Notes: generated by a model from the letters alone, not told the origin. DNA of 64,000 nt from IMGVR_UViG_3300033182_000980:310001-374000, one strand, 5' to 3'; counted from the stretch's first letter, positions 38,245 to 46,779 are shown. A program made the numbers and translations.

Positions 38245-39057
38245 ATGCCTAATAAGTACGACACACAAGTCTTGTCCTCGATCAATCGGGGAACAAATAA
38301 AGTGAGGCGAGCCTTAGAGGTCGCCAATCAAAAGGTCGGTCAAAACTTTATCGGTGCTCGCTTGAACACTCGAAGCTCGGCTCTCGTGAATACGCTTACT
38401 AGCGTTCGCACTGGTCAGATCAATCGTGATCGCTACCATAAGATGTACCAGAAGCCACAAGTGAGAGCGGCGTTCTCGTTCGCTATAGACGGTAGCGACT
38501 CGATGAACTACAACACAGGGTGTCCGAGTGGCACTTACTGGAAAGAGTGTATCAGTCTCATACATGGGCTTCATACAGCTTGCCAAGGGATCGGGGTTGA
38601 CTCAACCTCTGCGTTGGTCATGTACACCTATGGTGATCGTGATGTGCCTATGGCAAGCTCTAGCTATAAGCCTGTGGCTAACATGATCAAAGGTCTTGGT
38701 GATAAATGGCAACGAGATAATCCCGATAAGCTACGCAAGAAGCGTTGCAATGGAGGAACATCAATCATCTGTTATGCCGAGACCGCACTAGACATGGTAT
38801 CTCAATCTGACGCTACCCATAAGATCGCCTTCTTCCTTACCGATGGTGAGGACTATGAAAAGGCTTACCTAGAGAGCATGAGACAGCAAGCTCAAGCTCA
38901 AGGCATCAAGCTAGTAGGGATCGGGCTAGGTGTGAGTGGTGATCGACTCCCTAATGGCATTAGTGGTGCTAATGCTCTTGAGATCGCACCTCGAATGATG
39001 GATCACCTAGAGAAAATCATCAAGTCCTCAACAGGTGTAGAGGCAAACGACAAATAA
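38245..39057 (+). CDS. von Willebrand factor A domain protein (CobT C-terminal-like)
   Basis: MIDAS DGSDS, GGT, FFLTDGE, LVGIGLG. Confidence 0.85.
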   Translation: MPNKYDTQVLSSINRGTNKVRRALEVANQKVGQNFIGARLNTRSSALVNTLTSVRTGQINRDRYHKMYQKPQVRAAFSFAIDGSDSMNYNTGCPSGTYWKECISLIHGLHTACQGIGVDSTSALVMYTYGDRDVPMASSSYKPVANMIKGLGDKWQRDNPDKLRKKRCNGGTSIICYAETALDMVSQSDATHKIAFFLTDGEDYEKAYLESMRQQAQAQGIKLVGIGLGVSGDRLPNGISGANALEIAPRMMDHLEKIIKSSTGVEANDK

Positions 39058-39121
39058 TCATATAACCCAAAGACCAACCAAACCCAGCCCACATGGGCCT
39101 CAACACAGGAGAACAAAGCCA

Positions 39122-39466
39122 ATGGCTAACATCCGAACCCTCATCAAGTCATCCCTCCAATCAGACAGCTCCGGTATGCGTGTTGCTGACATCGCTGACT
39201 CCATCGGGGTGTCCTACTCCTCTACCTATCAGACCATCAAGAACATGGAGTCTGACGGTGAGGTCAATAAGATCGCTCGTGGGGTCTATGCCCTTGCGTA
39301 CATCCCTAACTTCAGCACCGCCGAGTGCATCTCCCTCCTCCAGTCTTTGGAGAGCCAAGAGATCGCTGTTGAGATCGCTCGTGAAGAGCTTGATCGAGCA
39401 GAGGCACAGCTTCAAGCTGTCAAGCGTACCATCAAGTCAACCATGATGTCAGCGTTCGAGGACTAG
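39122..39466 (+). CDS. Winged-HTH + coiled-coil protein
   Basis: VADIADSIGVSYSSTYQTIKNMESDGEVNKIARGVY. Confidence 0.75.
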   Translation: MANIRTLIKSSLQSDSSGMRVADIADSIGVSYSSTYQTIKNMESDGEVNKIARGVYALAYIPNFSTAECISLLQSLESQEIAVEIAREELDRAEAQLQAVKRTIKSTMMSAFED

Positions 39467-39494
39467 CCGACCTCTGCCCTTAGTGGCATTCGAT

Positions 39495-39610
39495 AGACGC
39501 AGACGCTGGTGTCTCACATCTAGGCTTTGTCCATGAGCTGAACGAACAACACTTTTTGAAGGTAGGTGCTGTTCCCGATGTGATGGGAGGTTCGACTCCT
39601 CTATGTGTCT
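39495..39610 (+). ncRNA. tRNA-like structured RNA 1 (non-canonical)
   Basis: AGACGCA/TGTGTCT terminal stem, GAC-GCTGGT-GTC D-like arm, TCACATC/GATGTGA stem, T-arm GGAGG-TTCGACT-CCTCT. Confidence 0.65.
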
Positions 39611-39636
39611 TTAGGAGATTTAGTCTTGTATCTCCG

Positions 39637-39791
39637 AGCCTTAGACGGTTGGTGTCGCACATACAGGTTTTAGTGTATTGTCCTGTAGCTCTAATCTGAT
39701 CGCTGTGGGTGGCGATCTCACTCGTACTTTTGGGAAGGGGTACAGAGTAAAGATTGAGCAGTGTCGGAGGGTTCGACTCCCTCGTAAGGCT
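39637..39791 (+). ncRNA. tRNA-like structured RNA 2 (non-canonical)
   Basis: AGCCTTA/TAAGGCT stem, GAC-GGTTGGT-GTC arm, multi-hairpin insert, T-arm GAGGG-TTCGACT-CCCTC. Confidence 0.65.
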
Positions 39792-39830
39792 TTACGATTA
39801 GATTTCTAGCCTGTGGGCGAGGGGCTGATC

Positions 39831-39847
39831 TGTAACCCCTTATTTAT
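39831..39847 (+). promoter_or_regulatory. Class-1 element
   Basis: tgtaaccccttatttat. Confidence 0.7.
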
Positions 39848-39903
39848 AGTCTAGTGTAAGGGTTGATTGACAGCCCACTAACCCACTCCCAAAGGAGAAA
39901 CAA

Positions 39904-39981
39904 ATGGTACAGCTCTTTATCTTCCTCCCTGTCCTCTTCCTCGCCTACGCCATGCTCTGTGATTGGGTTGTTGGCGAGTAA
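39904..39981 (+). CDS. 25 aa hydrophobic peptide MVQLFIFLPVLFLAYAMLCDWVVGE
   Basis: AAAGGAG RBS; sole ORF between two elements. Confidence 0.6.
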   Translation: MVQLFIFLPVLFLAYAMLCDWVVGE

Positions 39982-39997
39982 AGTAAAGTCGGGGTTC

Positions 39998-40014
39998 TGT
40001 AACCCCTTATCTAT
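39998..40014 (+). promoter_or_regulatory. Class-1 element
   Basis: Exact consensus. Confidence 0.75.
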
Positions 40015-40069
40015 TACCTAACATGAGGAACGATCCTCACAACCACTCACTCTCATAGGAGAACAAGAC

Positions 40070-40372
40070 ATGATCGACTTAACCAACTACCCAATGCTCA
40101 ACGCTCGTCAGCACACCCCCTTCTTCGCAGACCTCACCTCAGAGGATCGTGTGATGAATGTCAACGGTAGCCCCATGTCTCATGGGGTGTGGAACATGAT
40201 CGTCAGCCACCGAGATCTCAAGCTGTGGTGTCGGCTCGGAATGAAACCCCATCGTGGGTGGAAGGTGAGCCAGGCGAAGGCTTACTTCGGCATCAAGGGC
40301 AACAAGGACAAGCTCTTGAAAGAGTTTGAGGCTCTTAAGGCAGAGGTAGACGAGATCCTTTTAGGGCGATAA
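40070..40372 (+). CDS. Hypothetical protein
   Basis: 100 aa; RBS; between two elements. Confidence 0.7.
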   Translation: MIDLTNYPMLNARQHTPFFADLTSEDRVMNVNGSPMSHGVWNMIVSHRDLKLWCRLGMKPHRGWKVSQAKAYFGIKGNKDKLLKEFEALKAEVDEILLGR

Positions 40373-40382
40373 TGATCGGGGT

Positions 40383-40399
40383 TGTAACCCCTTATCTAT
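40383..40399 (+). promoter_or_regulatory. Class-1 element
   Basis: Exact consensus. Confidence 0.75.
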
Positions 40400-40451
40400 A
40401 ACCTAACATGAGGAACGATCCTCACAACCACTCACTCCCAAAGGAGACAAC

Positions 40452-40976
40452 ATGAACAGCGTAAACATCACAGCCGAAAACTTTATCCCAGCTCTCCTCG
40501 CACCCTTCGGTGGCAAGGACACCCACAACGAGGCAGGCGAGGCTCTCCCCTCAACCAGCTCTAAGGCTTGGAGCTTCACCCTCCACAATCGTGATCGCAA
40601 CACTCACCTCACCTTCAAGGCTCGCCGCCCGAAGGGGTGGACTGTAGAGTCTCCTGTCCTCATCGACCTCATGACAGGCAAGGACAACGATGCAGACTTT
40701 GGCTTCATCGGGAGCGTCAGTCCTCGTGGGTTCTACAAGCCAAGCCCCAAGAGCAAGGTAGACGCTGATCGCCTTGAGGTAGCCAATCGCACAATGGTTT
40801 GGCTTCTCACCAAGCTCAACAATGGGGTGGAGCTTCCCGATGCCCTAGAGATCAAGGGTGCTTCTAAGTGCTGTAGGTGTGCTAAGAAGCTCACCAACCC
40901 CGACAGCGTAGACGATGGGATGGGTCCAGTCTGTCGCCGTAAGGCTAACGAGAGCAAGGTTAGCCGAGGGGTCTAA
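40452..40976 (+). CDS. DUF6011-like Zn-finger protein, paralog of 50168
   Basis: CCRCAKKLTNPDSVDDGMGPVC. Confidence 0.75.
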   Translation: MNSVNITAENFIPALLAPFGGKDTHNEAGEALPSTSSKAWSFTLHNRDRNTHLTFKARRPKGWTVESPVLIDLMTGKDNDADFGFIGSVSPRGFYKPSPKSKVDADRLEVANRTMVWLLTKLNNGVELPDALEIKGASKCCRCAKKLTNPDSVDDGMGPVCRRKANESKVSRGV

Positions 40977-41047
40977 GGGTTGGGCTAGGGTCGGGGCTGA
41001 AAAGCTCTTAGAGGGGCATTTAAGAGATCGTAAGAAAAGTTTGTAGG

Positions 41048-41067
41048 TTTTGTCCGATAGTGGTCAG
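41048..41067 (+). repeat. 20-bp intergenic repeat, copy 2
   Basis: Identical to 36655-36674; upstream of an RBS. Confidence 0.75.
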
Positions 41068-41107
41068 AGCCTTCGTCTTATAGGTGAACAGCAAAGGAGA
41101 ACAAGAC

Positions 41108-41416
41108 ATGAGACATGATAACCTAACTCTCCCCAACAACCGAAAGGGAAGCACGATGAAGATGAGAGCAAGACGAGGCGACCTTATCACCCTCCAACCT
41201 GATGCCTGTGGCTACTTCGAGTCCGAGGTCGGCTGTACGGTAACGCTCATGAGTGAGGATCTCGGTAATCGTACGGTGCGTGTCATCAAGGCTCGTGATC
41301 AGTTCCACCACGACTGGCCCGAAGCTCCAAATAACCTCATGCTCGTAAGGTGTGAGGGTCAACAGTACCTTGTGTCTCGTGAGCATCGCCACCTCTGCTT
41401 GGTGTCGGGGAGCTGA
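41108..41416 (+). CDS. Hypothetical protein
   Basis: AAAGGAG RBS before MRHD. Confidence 0.55.
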   Translation: MRHDNLTLPNNRKGSTMKMRARRGDLITLQPDACGYFESEVGCTVTLMSEDLGNRTVRVIKARDQFHHDWPEAPNNLMLVRCEGQQYLVSREHRHLCLVSGS

Positions 41417-41472
41417 TCGGGGTTGGACCCTAGAAATCATGGGTCGGTCATATCCAGCTCTAGTGCCAGAGC

Positions 41473-41489
41473 TGTAACCCCTTATCTAT
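41473..41489 (+). promoter_or_regulatory. Class-1 element
   Basis: Exact consensus. Confidence 0.75.
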
Positions 41490-41549
41490 GATCTAGTATC
41501 AAGGGTTGACTGGTTCAGCCCAACAGACTCCAGAAAGGGAGAACAAGAC

Positions 41550-42149
41550 ATGACCAACAAGACCTTCGCAACCATGATCATCATCGGCATTGCCCTCGCT
41601 GGCTTCTATGGTAAGGCGAGCATTGAGGCCCATGAGGGCAGGGCAGTTTACCACAGCGAGTGTGAGATCAGCTCACACCCTGTGCAGTACCTCCACACGA
41701 CAGGGAAGAAGAGGTGGAGGAAGTGGGTCTACCTCGATACTGTAAATGGTGTCGAGATCAAGGCGAGCAAGGATCAGCACAAGGCGTGTGAGAGCGTGAA
41801 GGTTCTCATGTCGAATGAGGCGGAGCTTGCAGAGGCGAACCGACTCAAGAGCATCGAGAACCAGAGGCTCTTAGCAGTCCTCGGTTGGTTCTTTTTGATC
41901 ATGGTGGTTGAGGTCGCCATCAACTATCTGGCTAAGAGGCGAGAGCGTCTTGAGTGGGAAGAGGCGAAGCGACAACAAGACCTTGAGCATAAGCGAGAGT
42001 GTGAGAAGTGGGCGGCGAGGCGTAAGGCAGAGGAAGCCGAGCGTATGAGGTCTAAGACAGCGAATGAAGAACGAGCAAAGCGAAAGGCCGAGAGGGGAGC
42101 AATCCTTGAGGCTAGGAGGCTTGCTAACCTAGAGCGTAAGAAAGGATAA
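41550..42149 (+). CDS. Two-TM membrane protein with a charged coiled-coil tail
   Basis: Two hydrophobic segments; E/R/K-rich C-terminus. Confidence 0.7.
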   Translation: MTNKTFATMIIIGIALAGFYGKASIEAHEGRAVYHSECEISSHPVQYLHTTGKKRWRKWVYLDTVNGVEIKASKDQHKACESVKVLMSNEAELAEANRLKSIENQRLLAVLGWFFLIMVVEVAINYLAKRRERLEWEEAKRQQDLEHKRECEKWAARRKAEEAERMRSKTANEERAKRKAERGAILEARRLANLERKKG

Positions 42150-42153
42150 CGAG

Positions 42154-42708
42154 ATGACGCTAAGAGAACAGCTACAACAAAGAGCAGACATGATAGGTCA
42201 ACTAGGAGGTCGAGGCGACCTTATGACGCAAGAGCAGTATGTGATCAATGAGGGTGTTCAGATGGCTTCTAGTGAGCCTTTAACAGAGGAGCAGTACGCT
42301 TACCTTAGAATGATCACAGGAGCGATTGAGTGCCTTCCTAAGCAGTGCTTTTACAATGCACAGATGATGACCCTTGCCGATAGCTACCATGAGACACCCA
42401 GGGTGCAGTACCATGAGGGCTATGTGTGGACTGGCTTAATGCCGATCCTTCATGGGTGGATCACTCTTGATGATAAGATCGTGGATGTGACTTTGAGTAC
42501 AGACCGAGAGGCGACTCAAAGATACTTTGATGGTGAACCTCCACAAGAGGACTTGAGGGATAGGATACTAGGAGTGATACCCGATGGGTGGGAGTACATT
42601 GGTGTGCCGATGGAGACGGCTTATGTGGTGGGGTTCATGCTGGAGAAGATGGAGTCCCGATCACTCATTGACAACTGGCAAGATGGTTGGCCTTTGCTCC
42701 AAGCCTAA
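42154..42708 (+). CDS. Putative Cys-His-Asp (transglutaminase/papain-like) enzyme
   Basis: KQCFYNA, YHEGY, LHGW, IVDVT. Confidence 0.55.
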   Translation: MTLREQLQQRADMIGQLGGRGDLMTQEQYVINEGVQMASSEPLTEEQYAYLRMITGAIECLPKQCFYNAQMMTLADSYHETPRVQYHEGYVWTGLMPILHGWITLDDKIVDVTLSTDREATQRYFDGEPPQEDLRDRILGVIPDGWEYIGVPMETAYVVGFMLEKMESRSLIDNWQDGWPLLQA

Positions 42709-42761
42709 ATAGGAACACGCTTCCTATTTAGAAAAGGTAGAAGCACTTCCACCTTTCAACT

Positions 42762-42778
42762 TGTAACCCCTTACCTAT
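42762..42778 (+). promoter_or_regulatory. Class-1 element
   Basis: tgtaaccccttacctat. Confidence 0.7.
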
Positions 42779-42818
42779 GAGGGGGTATCAATCAACCACT
42801 CTGACAAGGAGAACGCTT

Positions 42819-43229
42819 ATGAACTCTTTCATCTCAATCATCACAACCAACGCAATCAAACGCTTCGAGGCTTACGATGACACCTTCAAGCGTGTGATCC
42901 CGACAGCCCATATCGAGCTGACCAACATGAGCTTCGGCATCCACAAGTCTTTCTTTGGAAATGACACCGACCACATCGCCCCACTCTCACAGCGTACAGG
43001 CACTTACCGACTTGTGTGCGACCCAAAGGATCACGAGGCTATCGTGGAGGCTCTTGCAGAGGAGTTTGCTGAGGTGTCTGCTTGCGTCAAGCTGTTCGCT
43101 ATCGAGATCAGCCGACCGACCACAACCAAGTGGGTTGCTCGTAAAGAGAAGGCAATGACTCGTAAGGGAGCTACCACTCTCACAATCACTTGGAGTGAGG
43201 ACTCTCGCATCACCACACAGAACCTCTAG
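42819..43229 (+). CDS. Hypothetical protein
   Basis: Start moved to MNSF after AAGGAG. Confidence 0.65.
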   Translation: MNSFISIITTNAIKRFEAYDDTFKRVIPTAHIELTNMSFGIHKSFFGNDTDHIAPLSQRTGTYRLVCDPKDHEAIVEALAEEFAEVSACVKLFAIEISRPTTTKWVARKEKAMTRKGATTLTITWSEDSRITTQNL

Positions 43230-43315
43230 GATAGCCCTAGAGAGTTTTTGGGTATCGACCCTAACACTACCCCTAACCACACACCAAAGATGGCTTAGAG
43301 GGCAATCTCGAAGCT

Positions 43316-43576
43316 CTAGTGAACCATGACTTGATGGTAGGCAAACTTGAGCCAGTCCTCTGCGTGGTTGCCCCCTTGCCACATGAGGAGCTGTACGGAC
43401 TTTTCAAGCTCTCTCCATTCAGCGAGGGTCTTGCTGTTAGTGGTCATCCATCGTGATCTCAAGTCTCGGTAATGACCTCGTGCTAAATCCTCCCACATGG
43501 GGAGCCAGCTTGATCGAGCTGTCCTAGACTTACGAAGCATCTGGATAAGGTCAAGTGTGGTCATGTCTCGTGTCAT
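43316..43576 (-). CDS. Hypothetical protein
   Basis: 86 aa; AAGGAG RBS. Confidence 0.6.
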   Translation of the reverse strand: MTRDMTTLDLIQMLRKSRTARSSWLPMWEDLARGHYRDLRSRWMTTNSKTLAEWRELEKSVQLLMWQGGNHAEDWLKFAYHQVMVH

Positions 43577-43638
43577 GTTTTACTCCTTGTATCATATAAC
43601 TTTGAGTACCTATTTGTTATATGATTTGAGGGGTAAAC

Positions 43639-44232
43639 ATGACTTATCTAATAAGGAGTTATCGGGGTTTTGACTCGTTCTTAAAGTGGCAGTTATGGGT
43701 CGGGTTTCTGGCTAGTCTGGTGTGGGCTTTGAGTGTGCCGATAGTCCATAAGCTCCAGGGTGTGCATTGGACGACAGCGTATATCTCACTCTACCTAATC
43801 TTCATCCGAGTGAGTGGGTTGATCCTGCCCTTCTTCAAAGGAGCGAGGATTAGAAATCTGTACCTCATCACGATCTGCTTGAATGTGATCTATGCAGCCA
43901 GCCTGTTGCTTTACTTCTATGATGTCCATCTCTTCCTCTGGGCAGAGGTGGTTCTAGGCATAGCGTATAGCGTGGTTGGTCCACTCATGGGGATCGGGTG
44001 GGATGTGTGGGTCGTGAAGCAGTACCCAACGGACACCTTCGAGGACTTCAGATATTGGGAGTCCTTTAGGTGTTCGCTAGGTGGTGTGATGGGGAGTGGC
44101 TTAGTCGCCTTGATGACAACCCTCACGAGTCTCGATCAGACCGTGAGGGTGTTCATGGGGGCGATGGTGTTCATGCTAATGATCCAGCAAGCAAACTGGA
44201 TCAAGCACTACCGACATCTCATCGAGCCTTAG
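43639..44232 (+). CDS. Polytopic (about 6 TM) membrane protein, half-MFS-like
   Basis: About six hydrophobic segments. Confidence 0.6.
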   Translation: MTYLIRSYRGFDSFLKWQLWVGFLASLVWALSVPIVHKLQGVHWTTAYISLYLIFIRVSGLILPFFKGARIRNLYLITICLNVIYAASLLLYFYDVHLFLWAEVVLGIAYSVVGPLMGIGWDVWVVKQYPTDTFEDFRYWESFRCSLGGVMGSGLVALMTTLTSLDQTVRVFMGAMVFMLMIQQANWIKHYRHLIEP

Positions 44233-44711
44233 CGACCCTTACGCTTTTGTCGGCTAAGGATCTGATTCATGCTCACTACCCCGTCATCGTCAGAGGGTAA
44301 AAGCTCGGTGATCTTGTCTCCCTCAATGAGAGCCTGATACCCCTCGAAGTCAGAGATGACAAACCCCTCTGGAGTCTTGACCCAAGACACCTTGGCGATC
44401 TCATCGAGTCCGTCATAGTGGAGGGTCAGCTCGCCTGTGTCGGTCGGCTTGAAGATGATCTCAACGCACCACTGGGGATCGAGTCCGTTGTCATCGTCCA
44501 TGTACTCTTGAGTGACCTTGTACTCGCCGCCTACGACCCTTGCGTAGTAGGTGAGCTTCAAGTCAGAGAAGCTGGAGACAGACCAGGTGGGGTTGCCCTT
44601 TTCGGGAGTGTTAAAGAAGGTCATTGCTGAGGGGTCAAGATCATCAGTAGGGTAGGGTGGGTCATGGTTTACCGTAGCGTAGGAAAAGTCCTCATACGAG
44701 CGTTGAGACAT
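44229..44711 (-). CDS. Acidic hypothetical protein (possibly related to 23058/23654)
   Basis: 160 aa; weak pattern similarity. Confidence 0.55.
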   Translation of the reverse strand: MSQRSYEDFSYATVNHDPPYPTDDLDPSAMTFFNTPEKGNPTWSVSSFSDLKLTYYARVVGGEYKVTQEYMDDDNGLDPQWCVEIIFKPTDTGELTLHYDGLDEIAKVSWVKTPEGFVISDFEGYQALIEGDKITELLPSDDDGVVSMNQILSRQKRKGR

Positions 44712-44714
44712 GGG

Positions 44715-45176
44715 TCAGCTCCGATCACAAATCTCGTTCAAGCGAGAGGCGAAGGGAGGGCAGTTCTCCATCATGTATGCGTAAGCGTCCTCTTGCTTGT
44801 AGATGCCCGACTGACTCGCTGTGTCTTGGAGGCAAGCGATCAGATAGGTGAGGCGAGCAGAGGGAGCGTTGGTGAACTTGTAGCTGGTCAAGTCATCCTC
44901 GCTCATGTTCTCGGCAGTCTCACAGAGCCAAGCCTTGTCTTGCTCGGTAAGATCGAAGCCATAGGAGGGGCGATTGATTGACCACCAGAGGGACATCTCA
45001 AAGGGGTGTGCGAGCTTGCCATGAGCCTTGAGGTAAGCCTTGGCCTCGTCCATCTTCCGCTCGATGACGATGTGGAGATCGTTGTCAGAGCGGGTCGGGT
45101 AGCGTGGGTCGTTGTTGATCTTCGTTTGCTCTGCGATCACAAACTGTCGATACTGATTGAGGGTTGCGTTCTTCAT
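44715..45176 (-). CDS. Hypothetical protein
   Basis: 153 aa ORF. Confidence 0.65.
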   Translation of the reverse strand: MKNATLNQYRQFVIAEQTKINNDPRYPTRSDNDLHIVIERKMDEAKAYLKAHGKLAHPFEMSLWWSINRPSYGFDLTEQDKAWLCETAENMSEDDLTSYKFTNAPSARLTYLIACLQDTASQSGIYKQEDAYAYMMENCPPFASRLNEICDRS

Positions 45177-45289
45177 ATTGTCTGTAGCTTCCTTTTTAGG
45201 AGGTCTAAGTTTGGTTGAGGGTCAGCTTGTCTGCCCTCTACTATCTGAACACATAGGCTGTCGGTTTCTTTTCACCGACTGTGATTTTT

Positions 45290-45898
45290 TTATGGGCGAG
45301 AGAGCTGACCCTCCCTTGAGCCGAAGTTAAACTCCTCGATGATCTCGTTGATCTTCTGTAGCTGTGTAGCTACCCACTCTTGGTTGCCTCCACCTTTAGT
45401 GTCGTAGTGGTGGTCGAGGAGGTGGAGGTTATTCGAGATGCTGAACAGCTCGGAGCTGAACTCGTAGTACGCTCTGTCATAGTCCTCGATGACCTGTGGA
45501 GGTGTCATGTCGGCCTCCCACGCAAACTCCATGAAGAGGTCATGTAGAGCGTCCTCTCGCTCGTCCTCATCTAAGGTCGGGTCAAGGGAAGCCTTAGCCG
45601 CTTCCTCATCGAACCATGATCGGTTAGTGTCCCAAGCGTAGACCCCCTCCATGACGCAGTGGTCGCACAGCTCCTCGTCATGGTCGTACTCGTCATAGCC
45701 GACACAGTACGAAACCATGTACCGTCCTGCACCCTCACACTCCCGACACATCTTAGCGTCAGCGTAGCGAGATGCTTGGAGCTTCGCCTTAGCATCCTGT
45801 AGCATTGCCTTGAGGGTGGGGAGGTTAGCGATGTCGCTCTCGATCTTCGAGGTGAGGACTCGCTCTGAGGTCTTGATGTCTTGTAGTGATGGCATCAT
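45290..45898 (-). CDS. CxxCxGxG...CxxC zinc-finger family protein
   Basis: CRECEGAG...CDHCVMEG. Confidence 0.65.
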   Translation of the reverse strand: MMPSLQDIKTSERVLTSKIESDIANLPTLKAMLQDAKAKLQASRYADAKMCRECEGAGRYMVSYCVGYDEYDHDEELCDHCVMEGVYAWDTNRSWFDEEAAKASLDPTLDEDEREDALHDLFMEFAWEADMTPPQVIEDYDRAYYEFSSELFSISNNLHLLDHHYDTKGGGNQEWVATQLQKINEIIEEFNFGSREGQLSRP

Positions 45899-45960
45899 AT
45901 TGATGTCTCCATTAGGAGTGAGTGAGGTGCGTGATGATTCTGCCCCTCTGACATTTAACT

Positions 45961-45977
45961 ATAGATAAGGGGTTACA
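45961..45977 (-). promoter_or_regulatory. Class-1 element
   Basis: Exact consensus. Confidence 0.75.
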
Positions 45978-45987
45978 GACTCAGGGA

Positions 45988-46170
45988 TTACATTTGCTTG
46001 AGGAGCGTTAAAGCCTCCTCTGCCTTGTCAGCGTCAACCTTGATGTGGACGATCTGATCGCTCGGTACAGGGTGGAAGCTAGGGTTCAAGTGCGTTATGA
46101 CAGCCATGATGTCATAGAGGTGATAAAGGGTTGAGGTGTCGGGTAAAGACGCTACGATGGTTCGGGTCAT
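45988..46170 (-). CDS. Hypothetical protein
   Basis: 60 aa; AGGAG RBS. Confidence 0.6.
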   Translation of the reverse strand: MTRTIVASLPDTSTLYHLYDIMAVITHLNPSFHPVPSDQIVHIKVDADKAEEALTLLKQM

Positions 46171-46182
46171 GTCGTTCTCCTA

Positions 46183-46464
46183 TTAGTGGTGGTAAGGGTT
46201 CATCTCGTGTCCTGGCTCAAAGCCTGTGATCAGCCACTCTCGGATTTGGACTGACCACTCCGAGAGTGCGTCTTGAGCCACAGCTCCCTCGGCCCATGCA
46301 GTCAGCATGGCAACAGCTTGGGTGGCAGGGGTGTCTACCTCAAGGGTAGATGGGGCTGGTGCGAGCCACCCTGTAGCCGAGCGAGTGAGAGTGGTCTTAC
46401 CCTCAACCTCTGCGACTTTAACCGAGATAGCACCCATTGGTCGTTGGTGTGTGATAGTTGTCAT
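46183..46464 (-). CDS. Hypothetical protein
   Basis: 93 aa; RBS. Confidence 0.65.
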   Translation of the reverse strand: MTTITHQRPMGAISVKVAEVEGKTTLTRSATGWLAPAPSTLEVDTPATQAVAMLTAWAEGAVAQDALSEWSVQIREWLITGFEPGHEMNPYHH

Positions 46465-46495
46465 GTGTGTCTCCTAGTAGTGGTTGTGGTTGATG

Positions 46496-46512
46496 ATAGA
46501 TAAGGGGTTACA
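46496..46512 (-). promoter_or_regulatory. Class-1 element
   Basis: Exact consensus. Confidence 0.75.
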
Positions 46513-46566
46513 AATCGTGAGGGCTGACCCTCCATTATAGGGTTCGGGTTTCACCCCCCCTCGTTC

Positions 46567-46779
46567 CTACTTGCCTTTCTTGTCTTGCATCCACTGGGTG
46601 AAGTCGATGACCTCTTGCTTTGGGGCGTACAGCTCTTGGAGGAGCTTCGCCTTGATCGTGTCGATGTCAGACTCGCTGACCTCCCACACTCGATCCCCAT
46701 GAGAGGTTGGCTGGCCAGTCTTGATCGAGTGGGCCATCTCCTTCACGAAGTTGTTGATGTCTTCATTGGTCATACGCAT
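46567..46779 (-). CDS. Hypothetical protein
   Basis: 70 aa; RBS. Confidence 0.65.
   Translation of the reverse strand: MRMTNEDINNFVKEMAHSIKTGQPTSHGDRVWEVSESDIDTIKAKLLQELYAPKQEVIDFTQWMQDKKGK

Noticed and set aside
39495-39791. Canonical tRNA or tmRNA genes
   Set aside because: No 7-nt anticodon loop, no U8/A14 linker pattern, no encoded CCA, no G3-U70 alanine identity, and too short for a tmRNA tag region
38245-39791. Ro60 (TROVE-vWA) plus Y RNA system
   Set aside because: The vWA protein lacks a TROVE domain and is CobT/MoxR-associated; arm order in the RNAs is that of tRNA rather than YrlA. A cmscan check is still worthwhile
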